Of a stretch of DNA of 32,003 nt, positions 1-7,509 are shown in pieces. The notes under the pieces were generated by a model. It saw only the letters and a list, made by a program, of their open reading frames with translations. It had not been told where the DNA came from and ran no database searches. The first letter of the stretch is position 1. The number at the start of each line of letters is the position of its first letter. The stretch is from a virus (taxonomy: Duplodnaviria > Caudoviricetes), in IMG/VR virus record IMGVR_UViG_3300012940_000073, positions 1 to 32,003 of that record; one strand, written 5' to 3'. Made by a program: the position numbers and the translations under genes.

Positions 1-324
1 CCGAGCTGGCTGCCGAGCTGGCTGTAGAGATGGCTGTCGAGCTGGCTGTCGAGCTGGCTGTCGAGCTGGCTGTCGAGCTGGCTGCGGAGCTGGCTGTCGA
101 GCTGGCTGTCGAGCTGGCTGCGGAGCTGGCTGCCGAGCTGGCTGTAGAGCTGGCTGTCGAGCTGGCTGTCGAGCTGGCTGCCGAGCTGGCTGTCGAGCTG
201 GCTGTAGAGCTGGCTGCCGAGCTGGCTGCGGAGCTGGCTGTCGAGCTGGCTGTCGAGCTGGCTGCCGAGCTGGCTGTCGAGCTGGCTGTCGAGCTGGCTG
301 CGGAGCTGGCTGTCGAGCTGGCTC
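1..324. repeat. Tandem repeat, at least 27 x 12 bp, NNGAGCTGGCTG
   Basis: Read directly. Ten bases are nearly invariant; the first two vary among TC, CC, CG and TA. Confidence 0.98.
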
Positions 325-578
325 GGCTTCTTTGCTAGCAAAGCAAAAATGAAATTCACGGCCAGTTCGCACATAGCCGGCGACGAAAAGTGAAGGATGA
401 TCGGCGCCGGTTTGTTGAGCCGAGCGTAAAAGCCACGGATCACCTCATCGCCGGTCGAAAAGTCGGCGGGATCGCAGCAAAGGCCGATCTGCCGCCACTC
501 TTCCCGAAACTCGATCAGCCGCGCTTCCTGCGCCGCAGTCAGTTTTGTGATTTTCTTCTTTGCCACGATATTCCCCAT
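1..578 (-). CDS. DUF6745-like protein with SQLx tetrapeptide repeats (3'-truncated by window edge; missed by ORF track)
   Basis: Manual translation from ATG 578 (or GTG 566 after GGGGA): ...KKKITKLTAAQEARLIEFREEWRQIGLCCDPADF...FYARLNKPAPIILHFSSPAMCEL...KPSQLDSQLRSQLD..., open to base 1. N-terminus and SQL repeats match my recollection of this phage family. Confidence 0.8.
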   Translation of the reverse strand, partial: MGNIVAKKKITKLTAAQEARLIEFREEWRQIGLCCDPADFSTGDEVIRGFYARLNKPAPIILHFSSPAMCELAVNFIFALLAKKPSQLDSQLRSQLDSQLDSQLGSQLDSQLDSQLRSQLGSQLYSQLDSQLGSQLDSQLDSQLYSQLGSQLRSQLDSQLDSQLRSQLDSQLDSQLDSQLDSHLYSQLGSQL

Positions 579-601
579 TTCAGAGCTGTTGTCCCATCAG
601 G

Positions 602-721
602 TCAGTTCACGATGCGCATGATCGCTTCCGCGATGCGCTCGCTGTTCACAATTACGGCGCCGAACATGAACACGCCGACTAGTGCGTAGAGCGTTGCAAT
701 GTTGTCGCTGGCGAAGTTCAT
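602..721 (-). CDS. Small membrane protein (39 aa)
   Basis: MNFASDNIATLYALVGVFMFGAVIVNSERIAEAIMRIVN; AGAGGG RBS; ATGA overlap with the upstream gene. Confidence 0.6.
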   Translation of the reverse strand: MNFASDNIATLYALVGVFMFGAVIVNSERIAEAIMRIVN

Positions 722-822
722 CGGACAAATCCCTCTGCTACGTAGGCGCAGGCGAGAATGACGAACGCGAATGCCGCGACACCGAGCAGGTCAATCGTGT
801 GGTCGATGGCGCGGGCGAGCAT
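718..822 (-). CDS. Small membrane protein (34 aa)
   Basis: MLARAIDHTIDLLGVAAFAFVILACAYVAEGFVR; TGATG-coupled to the upstream gene and ATGA-coupled to the downstream gene. Confidence 0.6.
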   Translation of the reverse strand: MLARAIDHTIDLLGVAAFAFVILACAYVAEGFVR

Positions 823-1202
823 CAGCGGGCGCCTGACAAAGCGTAGTAATGCGTCGAGTGCTGTTCACGGTCGGACGAGCACTCCGTCTCCTTGCTAAGG
901 TCGTAAGCCTCGCGCTCCAGCTCAGCCGCGAGTGCGTCGTCATGGAGCGCGTCGCTCAAGAGCGATTGCCGATCGGTCGTGTTGATATGGGAGCGTGAAT
1001 TGCAGCTTGCTTCGTGCGCGAGCGCGTGCAGGTAATCGTCAATCGCGCTGACCCAGCGCCCGCGAACGTGGGCGGCGGCTTCCTCGAATTGCTCTGCCGT
1101 GGGGCAGAGATCGAAGGACGGCGGCTCCATTTCCTGGATCGCGGCCAGCATCCGCTGGTAGGCGCCGTTCAGGTACGCACTGGCGTGGCGGTTGGCGGGC
1201 AT
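822..1202 (-). CDS. Hypothetical phage early protein
   Basis: 126-aa ORF tightly packed in the leftward operon; GGAGGG RBS. Confidence 0.75.
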   Translation of the reverse strand: MPANRHASAYLNGAYQRMLAAIQEMEPPSFDLCPTAEQFEEAAAHVRGRWVSAIDDYLHALAHEASCNSRSHINTTDRQSLLSDALHDDALAAELEREAYDLSKETECSSDREQHSTHYYALSGAR

Positions 1203-1203
1203 G

Positions 1204-1608
1204 TCAGTGGCCCTCCGCTTTCGCGATGGCCGCCGCGGTTAGTTCAACCGCTCTCACCCAAAGAGCCAGTTGGTCGTTCCACCACCCCAGCCAGATGGCC
1301 TCGCCACCGTCGTCCCGCGTGACCCCTGCGGGATACTGGGGGCCTTCGCTATCTTTGCGGTGCCACTCAGCATGGGCCCGGAGCGCTTCCAGCATATCCG
1401 GCGCGGCAGCGATCAGAGTGGCATTGTGTTCCCAGCAGTCGCGCAAGTCGCTTTGGCAACCGGTGTTGGCGACGGTGTCGTCAACACCGGCAACAACTCG
1501 AAATGCCGCTTTCGGATCGACACGCCACGGTCCTGGCGTATGCGCACCTTGCGCGACGCCAGCGTACTGAAGGTCCTTACCGTCCTTAGAAGTGGCTGTA
1601 GTCGCCAT
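1204..1608 (-). CDS. Conserved phage hypothetical protein (HTPGPW...LIAAAPDMLEAL type)
   Basis: Common phage motifs HTPGPWRV and NATLIAAAPDMLEAL; GGAGGG RBS before ATG 1608. Confidence 0.8.
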   Translation of the reverse strand: MATTATSKDGKDLQYAGVAQGAHTPGPWRVDPKAAFRVVAGVDDTVANTGCQSDLRDCWEHNATLIAAAPDMLEALRAHAEWHRKDSEGPQYPAGVTRDDGGEAIWLGWWNDQLALWVRAVELTAAAIAKAEGH

Positions 1609-1646
1609 GTTCGCCCTCCAACGACCCGTATCGGATCGTTGAGAGC

Positions 1647-1701
1647 AGAGTTGCATATAGCGCAACCAGCGTCAACAGCTAAGTTGCAAATAAAGCAACT
1701 T
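1647..1701 (-). promoter_or_regulatory. pL-like promoter with two operators
   Basis: Minus strand TTGACG(1675-1670)-17 bp-AACTCT; palindromes GTTGC-N7-GCAAC at 1650-1666 and 1683-1699. Confidence 0.75.
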
Positions 1702-1746
1702 ATTTTTGGGCGCACTAGCGCCGGACGACTCAAGTCGTTGTTGAAT

Positions 1747-2067
1747 CTACCGTTTGTCTAGTGCTGCAATGCGGCGCTCTAGCTCGTCGATCCGGTCTAG
1801 GACGGCCTTATGGCGGCGCCAGATCGTGTATTGGTGGTTATCCCAGCCAGTTTGGAGCTGCCACAGAAAATATCCGCCGAAGGCATAGTACCGGATCCAA
1901 TCCGGTAGGGGCCAAAAGAACCAGGCCATAGTAAGTGCGCATAGCGACGCCATGGCGATGCCCAGCCAAACTAGGGCGCGACGCCAGACGGGTGACTTCG
2001 GCTTCGCCTTACGCGGCTGTTTCTCCAGCCAGTACCGATGCTCAAATTCCCCATCAGACGTGAGCAT
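1747..2067 (-). CDS. Two-TM membrane protein directly downstream of the repressor
   Basis: Two hydrophobic segments and a C-terminal coiled coil; starts 1 nt after the repressor stop. Confidence 0.7.
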   Translation of the reverse strand: MLTSDGEFEHRYWLEKQPRKAKPKSPVWRRALVWLGIAMASLCALTMAWFFWPLPDWIRYYAFGGYFLWQLQTGWDNHQYTIWRRHKAVLDRIDELERRIAALDKR

Positions 2068-2068
2068 T

Positions 2069-2425
2069 TCAGCCCTCGGTGCCTGTCGGTTTAGGGAATG
2101 CGGCCTCTAGGGTCGCCCGGATACGGTCTACCTCGTCCTCATTTCGCCCCCGCAGAAAGCGCGTCATCCAATCGTCCGATGGGTCTCGAAAGAGGTCGGC
2201 CGGCTCGTCGAGGTGGAGAAGGGCGGCTAGGCGGTCGAGGTTTTTGCTGTCCGGAACGGTACCTGCAAACCAGCGTGAGACGGTGGATTTTTCTACGCCC
2301 AACTCACGCGCAATTTCCGCCTGCGACAGGTTTCGCGCTTCTGCCCGCTCCGGAAGGTAGTGCCGGCGGACAGGTGTCTTTCCCCCGTGAATCTGGTCCG
2401 TGCGAGTTAGTTTGCGGTGCGCCAT
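2069..2425 (-). CDS. Prophage repressor, XRE/HTH_3 family, no peptidase domain
   Basis: LSQAEIARELGVEKSTVSRW HTH; divergent from cro. Start placed at ATG 2425 because the longer ORF-track start runs across the operators. Confidence 0.85.
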   Translation of the reverse strand: MAHRKLTRTDQIHGGKTPVRRHYLPERAEARNLSQAEIARELGVEKSTVSRWFAGTVPDSKNLDRLAALLHLDEPADLFRDPSDDWMTRFLRGRNEDEVDRIRATLEAAFPKPTGTEG

Positions 2426-2512
2426 ACGCAACACTACCCCCGTCGGGTGCCGACCGTCGTTAGCGTGGATTGCAACTGAGGGCTTGACTATAGTTGCGTA
2501 TAATGCAACTGT
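2416..2512. promoter_or_regulatory. oR-like region: pR, pRM-like promoter and three operators
   Basis: TTGACT(2484)-17 bp-AACTGT(2507). Operators at 2493-2509 (perfect), 2460-2476 and 2416-2432 (degenerate left arm). Minus-strand TAGTGT lies 5 nt before the repressor ATG. Confidence 0.75.
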
Positions 2513-2521
2513 ATGATCGGC

Positions 2522-2725
2522 ATGACTGATAATCCGATCAAAGCTTACCGCGTCGACCATGGCTTAAGCCTCGAAAGACTAGCGGCGAAATTCGGCGTCC
2601 ACAAAACGACGGCTATGCGCTGGGAAGCGCGGCCGGTGCCGCCATCTCGCGTCCTTGAGATCGAACGCGAGACAGGCATCTCCCGGCACACGCTGCGGCC
2701 AGACCTCTATCCCGAGGCCGTCTAA
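2522..2725 (+). CDS. cro: Cro-like / YdaS-family regulator
   Basis: HTH LSLERLAAKFGVHKTTAMRWE and C-terminal VPPSRVLEIERETGISRHTLRPDLY typical of YdaS/Cro. Confidence 0.85.
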   Translation: MTDNPIKAYRVDHGLSLERLAAKFGVHKTTAMRWEARPVPPSRVLEIERETGISRHTLRPDLYPEAV

Positions 2726-2991
2726 TGCTCTGTCAGCGCCTCTTGGAAGGTCAGCACATTGTGCGCCTCGGCGGCGAAGATCAGCCCCTTTCGACACATG
2801 TGCGCCAGGGTGACTGGCGAGCACACGAAGGAATATTCGATTTTGTCGACCCGACCTCGACGCGACGCCACATAAACCCGGATCAGCCCATCGCCCGCAT
2901 CTTCGTATTTCGGCAAGTCGTAAACCACGAACTCGGGTTCGGTTCCGGTTTCCTGTACCTCGCGCTCGGGGATCATTCTGATAGCGCTCAT
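2722..2991 (-). CDS. Hypothetical protein convergent with cro
   Basis: 89-aa globular-looking ORF (MSAIRMIPERE...); GTGGGG RBS; stop codons overlap those of cro. Confidence 0.6.
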   Translation of the reverse strand: MSAIRMIPEREVQETGTEPEFVVYDLPKYEDAGDGLIRVYVASRRGRVDKIEYSFVCSPVTLAHMCRKGLIFAAEAHNVLTFQEALTEH

Positions 2992-3389
2992 GCGCGCCCC
3001 ACGGTTTGCGCTTCCGCCCACGATTCAACTCAACGCTTGAACCTTCTGGACGGTAATTCACGACGCCGTGAGAGCAAATCGCGATCGTATTCGCGTCGGT
3101 TCCCTGCCGGTTCCAAACAGTTCCATCTTGTGGCCCCCACGAATGAACTGGTGGGGCAATGCTACCCGCATTATCGAAATGTAAAAAAGGCAACATCGGC
3201 GGTAGCTCCGTGCTGCATAGGCCCAAGCTATTGGCCGCACGCAATTTTCTCTGACAAGAAATTGGTAACCACCCCGAAAAGTCACAGCGCCCTGTGGACA
3301 TCGGGACTCGATCAAAAATCTGCAGTTGACGGCGCCGCGCCCGGCCAGGAGCGCGCGTCTCGTTTTGTTGCGTCTGTAGGAGCTGCGTC

Positions 3390-3764
3390 ATGGGTGAAGC
3401 TTTACGCGTCTCGCACGAGAACGCGAGCGAAGTCGTTGCAGCGACATGCACTGAGTTCACCATCATTGCAGGATCGTGCAAGTGGTTTCCGCCGCTCGCA
3501 AAATTACTCTCAAAGAACAAGCCCGCATCCGCGCTCCATTATCTCACGCAAGAACCCGAGCGCACTTGTTACGCGTGGGTGCAAGGAAAGTTTGATCCGC
3601 CAGCACGAGCATTTCTCAAACTGCTCCATTCAGAGGCTGGCTGGCTCGTCCTCGAATACGTCATGCGCGGATGCACGCAACGTTGGTGGCTCGACGTGCT
3701 TCGCGCGCGTCGTTGCGCGGCTGCATACGAGCAAGAGCGTGAACAGTTTGACCTAGGTGTGTGA
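3390..3764 (+). CDS. CII-like phage regulatory protein
   Basis: AGGAG RBS; HTH-like ASALHYLTQEPERTCYAWVQGKFDP; position between cro and the replication genes. Confidence 0.6.
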   Translation: MGEALRVSHENASEVVAATCTEFTIIAGSCKWFPPLAKLLSKNKPASALHYLTQEPERTCYAWVQGKFDPPARAFLKLLHSEAGWLVLEYVMRGCTQRWWLDVLRARRCAAAYEQEREQFDLGV

Positions 3765-4168
3765 TCTGCGTCCCGGGCCGCATGGGTAAGGGCGGCAAGT
3801 CGGGCAGTGAATTGATAGAGCTGTACTACTCAAGCCTTCCGCCTTCCATAAACGCATTGTGGAAGCGCACGCGGAGCGGAATGCGCCGGTCTGACGCCTA
3901 CGTGGCGTGGCTGGCCCTTGCCGCTATGGAAACACGCCAACAAAAGCCCGGCTGCATCGTCGGGCCTTATTGCCTTTCCGTGCAACTCGCGCGGCCGGAC
4001 AAGCGCAAGCGCGATCTCGACAATTTCTCGTTCAAGGCGATCAACGATTTGCTCGTGCAGCAAGGCGTGGTGGCCGATGACTCGCTTTGCGAAATGCTGT
4101 CGTCGCGGTGGGTGACGACGGGCGAGGGCGTCGCTGTCCGTGTCTCGAAAGCTGGAGTCGACGCATGA
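3761..4168 (+). CDS. rusA: RusA-family Holliday junction resolvase
   Basis: PPSINALW, RPDKRKRDLDN, KAINDLL, GVVADDS motifs. Confidence 0.92.
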   Translation: MICVPGRMGKGGKSGSELIELYYSSLPPSINALWKRTRSGMRRSDAYVAWLALAAMETRQQKPGCIVGPYCLSVQLARPDKRKRDLDNFSFKAINDLLVQQGVVADDSLCEMLSSRWVTTGEGVAVRVSKAGVDA

Positions 4169-5055
4169 GCCCGCGTGGTTTTATCGCGCTAGCGCGCGGC
4201 ATCATGGATCATCCGACAGTCGGAACGCAGAAGCCGTTCTCGCCGTACGAGGCGTGGCACTGGATGCTTTTCGAGGCCGCCTTCAAGCCACGGCGCGTGC
4301 GCATAGGAGGCGGAGCTGTTGAGCTTGAACGTGGCCAACTTGCTCATTCTGAACGGTTTCTTGCCGACAAATGGGGGTGGTCGAAGAGCCGCGTACATCG
4401 TTTTCTGGATAAGCTTGAAACCGAAGCGATGGTGAGCCGCAAAACGGACCACGAAACGAACCTTATAACCATCTGCAAGTACGACGAATATCAGCAGCAG
4501 CGGACCGGCAACGAGCCAGATAGCGAACCGCATACGGGACCAGCAGCGGACCAGCAGCGGACCAAAGAAGAACAATTAAACAAGGTAACAACTATAAATA
4601 CACCCTCGCTTCGCTCGGGTGAGGGCTCCCCCGAGGCGGCTTCGGCAGAACAACCAAAATCGAAGCCGAGGCGTGCCAAGGCGCGAACGCCGATAGCGGA
4701 CGATTGGACGCCGACCGAGCGAGATATCGCGCACGCCGCTTCGCTTGGGTTCGCCACGGACCAGATTTCATCAATGGCGGCCGGGTTCGCGGACCACCAC
4801 CGCGCTCGCGGAAACCTCATGGCCGATTGGTCGGCGGCGTGGCGAACGTGGTGCGGCAACGAAATTAAATTCAATCGGAGTATGGGTAATGGACCGGGAA
4901 GACCTCGACCACTTCAGGACGATTCAAAATCAGTCAGCCGCGCAATCGACGCCCAAATCGGAAAGCTCAGCTTCCCCGCGCGACCTCGATTGGTACCAGA
5001 CGCAGGCGAAAATAATCTGCGGTTGCTACCGGAGGGACGAGGCTCAGGATCCTGA
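4165..5055 (+). CDS. Phage replication initiator (O-like winged helix N-terminus, DnaT-like C-terminus)
   Basis: GFIALARGIMDHP; LERGQLAHSERFLADKWGWSKSRVHRFLDKLE; ITICKYDEYQ; C-terminal DWSAAWRTW. ATGA-coupled to rusA. Confidence 0.85.
   Translation: MSPRGFIALARGIMDHPTVGTQKPFSPYEAWHWMLFEAAFKPRRVRIGGGAVELERGQLAHSERFLADKWGWSKSRVHRFLDKLETEAMVSRKTDHETNLITICKYDEYQQQRTGNEPDSEPHTGPAADQQRTKEEQLNKVTTINTPSLRSGEGSPEAASAEQPKSKPRRAKARTPIADDWTPTERDIAHAASLGFATDQISSMAAGFADHHRARGNLMADWSAAWRTWCGNEIKFNRSMGNGPGRPRPLQDDSKSVSRAIDAQIGKLSFPARPRLVPDAGENNLRLLPEGRGSGS
4441..4602. repeat. Probable replication origin (iteron-like repeats plus A-rich tract) inside the initiator gene
   Basis: CAGCAGCGGACC three times (4495, 4541, 4552), further CG(G/A)ACC variants, then an A/T-rich tract at 4564-4600. 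Confidence 0.55.
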
Positions 5056-5605
5056 AACATTCGCGGCGGCATTGGCGGCTGTGCTCGCCGACTACCCTGA
5101 GGGCATCGTGACCTACGCGGCCGATCCGCGCACGGGCGTGATCACGAAGTTTCCGATGGGGCTGCCGAACATCGGGCAGATCAAACAGTTTCTGGATGAC
5201 GCCGTCGAGCGGCAGGACCGGCTCAACCGCTACGCGGCGCGGCCTAAGCCGGCGCGCGCCGAGGTGTTCGATAAGCCCCCGCCCACGGAGCCAAACCTGT
5301 TCGTGCCGGACACGTCAAGCCGCTATGGCGCGCTTGCGAAGCGGGCCGAGCGTGAGCCGGCGCGGGCCAGGTTCGGGTCGAAAGTCTGCAAGGACGGCGT
5401 GCGCCGGACCGGCGTGGTTGTCCCCCTGCATTGGTGGGAGGAGCCGGCGACACTCGGCGACGATGTGCTGGCGAAAGCGGCCCAGACCTTCCTCGAGCGC
5501 GCGTGCCGTGAGGGCGGGATTGACCCATGCAACGGCGTATCCCCCGCGCTGATGGCGAATATCCGTGAACACACCAGTCAAGAGGCGTCCAATGTTGTCG
5601 AGTAA
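4889..5605 (+). CDS. Replication-associated protein (helicase loader/inhibitor position)
   Basis: CYRRDEAQDPETFAAALAAVLADYP...LPNIGQIK core resembles alphaproteobacterial phage proteins following the initiator. Start uncertain. Confidence 0.65.
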   Translation: MDREDLDHFRTIQNQSAAQSTPKSESSASPRDLDWYQTQAKIICGCYRRDEAQDPETFAAALAAVLADYPEGIVTYAADPRTGVITKFPMGLPNIGQIKQFLDDAVERQDRLNRYAARPKPARAEVFDKPPPTEPNLFVPDTSSRYGALAKRAEREPARARFGSKVCKDGVRRTGVVVPLHWWEEPATLGDDVLAKAAQTFLERACREGGIDPCNGVSPALMANIREHTSQEASNVVE

Positions 5606-6191
5606 CTACCTGATCGAACGGGCCACTTACATCCGCAACCGCCTGCGCCGCCCTGCGAATGCGGTGCCCGACCGGCCGATCGATTTGGCGCGGCCTCGGG
5701 GCATCACGGGCTACGAAGCTGCACGCGTCGCCGCAAGGCGACAGCGGGAGGCCGAGGCCCGATTGGTCGAGCTGCAGATCGCGCGGCTGGCGGAAGCGAA
5801 AGCGCGTGCCGAGGCGGAAGCCGCCCGCGCGGGGCCGGTGTCCTATGAGCGCCCGGCCACTGTGAGCGAGGTGCTGCAGGAGGTATCGCGCCAGTGGGCG
5901 GTCGACTGCATGGACATCATCTCGCAACGCAGGGACAGGGCGGCGACCGTGCCACGGCACGTGGGCATGGTGCTGGCGCGCAAGCTCACGCCGAGAAGCT
6001 ACCCGGAGATTGCCAGGGTGTTCGGAAGGCGTGACCACACGACGGTCTTGTACGCCGTGTGGAAGTATCAGTGGCTGTTGGATGAGTTGGCGGCGGCGAT
6101 GCCAGGAACGGCCACCCTGCCGGAATGGGTCGCAGCAGCAAAATCGCGCGTCTCAGCAGAGAGGATCCAAAAGGATATGGAGCATGGCTAA
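5592..6191 (+). CDS. DnaA C-terminal (Bac_DnaA_C) HTH domain protein
   Basis: DIISQRRDRAATVPRHVGMVLARKLTPRSYPEIARVFGRRDHTTVLYAV matches DnaA domain IV; no AAA+ domain. Confidence 0.88.
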   Translation: MLSSNYLIERATYIRNRLRRPANAVPDRPIDLARPRGITGYEAARVAARRQREAEARLVELQIARLAEAKARAEAEAARAGPVSYERPATVSEVLQEVSRQWAVDCMDIISQRRDRAATVPRHVGMVLARKLTPRSYPEIARVFGRRDHTTVLYAVWKYQWLLDELAAAMPGTATLPEWVAAAKSRVSAERIQKDMEHG

Positions 6192-6672
6192 GGTCAAGGA
6201 GCGCATCGAAGAATTTCGGCCCGACCCGCGCTTGGTGGATGAGCGAGGGGCCACGCGCGAGGCGATGGCGAAATTCCGGCCGAGCCCGATCAATCTGGCG
6301 CTATCGCGCGGGCAGATCACGCGGCAGCAAGGCATCGCTGCAGAAAAATTCTATGGCCACTGGTATCGCGCCGGACTGTCGGAGAATTTCGGCTCCGTGG
6401 ATCTGAATTCTGTTTTCGGCGGCGACGGCGGCGGCGCGACCATGGCCCGCACGGAGGCGCAGGCTTTCCACCGGCAGCGCTACCGCCAAGCTGTGGAGAA
6501 AATCGGGATGCGCGGCTCATGGGTGCTCGAACGCGTCATCTGCCGCGAGGTGTCGTTTGAGGACACCGGGCGCGAAATGGGCTGGAATAACAGGCCTCAA
6601 GCCGTGGCAAGCGCCATTCAGATCGCGAGGGATTCCCTCGATACTTTGTGCAAAGAATGGGGAATCCTTTGA
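6184..6672 (+). CDS. DUF6456-like late transcription activator/antiterminator
   Basis: LSRGQITRQQGIAAEKF...W...RQRYRQAVEKIG...VLERVIC...LDTLCKEWG; Q-gene position; GGAG RBS. Confidence 0.7.
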   Translation: MAKVKERIEEFRPDPRLVDERGATREAMAKFRPSPINLALSRGQITRQQGIAAEKFYGHWYRAGLSENFGSVDLNSVFGGDGGGATMARTEAQAFHRQRYRQAVEKIGMRGSWVLERVICREVSFEDTGREMGWNNRPQAVASAIQIARDSLDTLCKEWGIL

Positions 6673-6740
6673 TCGGGCTTGACCTCGTAACGCAAATCGG
6701 CTCCTTTATTTTAAAGCTTGAAATGCGCCAGGAGCGCAGG

Positions 6741-6778
6741 CCCGCCCGAAGAAATTCGCGGCGGGTTTTTTCATTTTC
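6741..6778 (+). terminator. Intrinsic terminator (tR'-like)
   Basis: CCCGCC CGAA-GAAA-TTCG C GGCGGG followed by T6; a TTGACC -35-like hexamer lies upstream at 6679. Confidence 0.8.
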
Positions 6779-6914
6779 CGAATTGGCGGGGCGCGTTCAA
6801 CAGCACCGCAGGCATCGCCGCACAGGGACGGTCGGTTCCGCCAACCTCAACCGCTGAATGTTTCTCAAGGAACGTAGTTGCCGATCGCAACTGCTTTGTA
6901 CCGAGGGATGCCGC

Positions 6915-7022
6915 ATGAGCGCTTGCGCCGTAGTCGTCATCGATAGCGGAGCGATCATGTACGGGCTCGCAGGGCTCGCAGGGCTCATCCTGCTTCGTGA
7001 GTTCGTGAGCTTCCGCCGATGA
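6915..7022 (+). CDS. Small hydrophobic protein (35 aa)
   Basis: GAGGG RBS; MSACAVVVIDSGAIMYGLAGLAGLILLREFVSFRR; ATGA-coupled to the next ORF. Confidence 0.45.
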   Translation: MSACAVVVIDSGAIMYGLAGLAGLILLREFVSFRR

Positions 7023-7141
7023 TCGATTCACTCAGGGCGCAGGTGCGCCAGGCGGTCAAGCGGGGAGACATCGCGCACGCGGTGTTTCTGTGCGGGATTA
7101 TCGTGCTGTTGCCTAAAGGCGAAGCAGGGGCTGGAAGTTAG
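7019..7141 (+). CDS. Small hypothetical protein (40 aa)
   Basis: MIDSLRAQVRQAVKRGDIAHAVFLCGIIVLLPKGEAGAGS; its stop overlaps the RBS of the next gene. Confidence 0.45.
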   Translation: MIDSLRAQVRQAVKRGDIAHAVFLCGIIVLLPKGEAGAGS

Positions 7142-7152
7142 GAATTTTCAAA

Positions 7153-7509
7153 ATGGCGGGAGTGAAGGGCCGTTCGGGCACGAACAAGGGCAAGGACAAG
7201 GCTTTTGCCGATGCAATCCGCCTCGCCGTGATGGCCGAGGATGGCCCCGAGAAAAAGCGCAAGCTCCGCTCAATCGCGGAGAAGATCGTTGACCTGGCCG
7301 TGGCTGGCGAAAGCTGGGCCTGCCAGATGGTCGCGGATCGCTTGGACGGCAAGCCCGCGCAGGAATCGACCGTAACCATTGACGACAAACGAGATGCAAC
7401 AGACTGGAGCCGCGAGGAACTGGTCAGCTTCATCCGTGACGCCTCTAATGGCGGCTCAGGAGCTTCTGAGGCGGAAGGACGCGGCGGAGAACCTGATAGC
7501 GTTCACTGA
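7153..7509 (+). CDS. Terminase small subunit (putative)
   Basis: MAGVKGRSG start and A..GESWACQMVADRLDGKPAQ motif; immediately upstream of the large subunit. Confidence 0.7.
   Translation: MAGVKGRSGTNKGKDKAFADAIRLAVMAEDGPEKKRKLRSIAEKIVDLAVAGESWACQMVADRLDGKPAQESTVTIDDKRDATDWSREELVSFIRDASNGGSGASEAEGRGGEPDSVH

Noticed and set aside
1-324. CRISPR array or DGR target
   Set aside because: No spacers (only 2 variable nt per unit), no cas or reverse transcriptase gene, and no template/variable repeat pair seen.
30-338. Plus-strand AVEL-repeat ORF
   Set aside because: Antisense reading of the 12-bp repeat; the minus-strand frame has an RBS, a unique N-terminal domain and fits the leftward operon.
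2579-3756. Long ORFs 2725-3756 (+) and 2579-3520 (-)
   Set aside because: Ser/Arg-rich, no motifs, and they overlap better-supported genes (cro, 89-aa gene, CII-like).
5592-6191. Host dnaA gene
   Set aside because: Only domain IV is present; no AAA+ domain; phage context.
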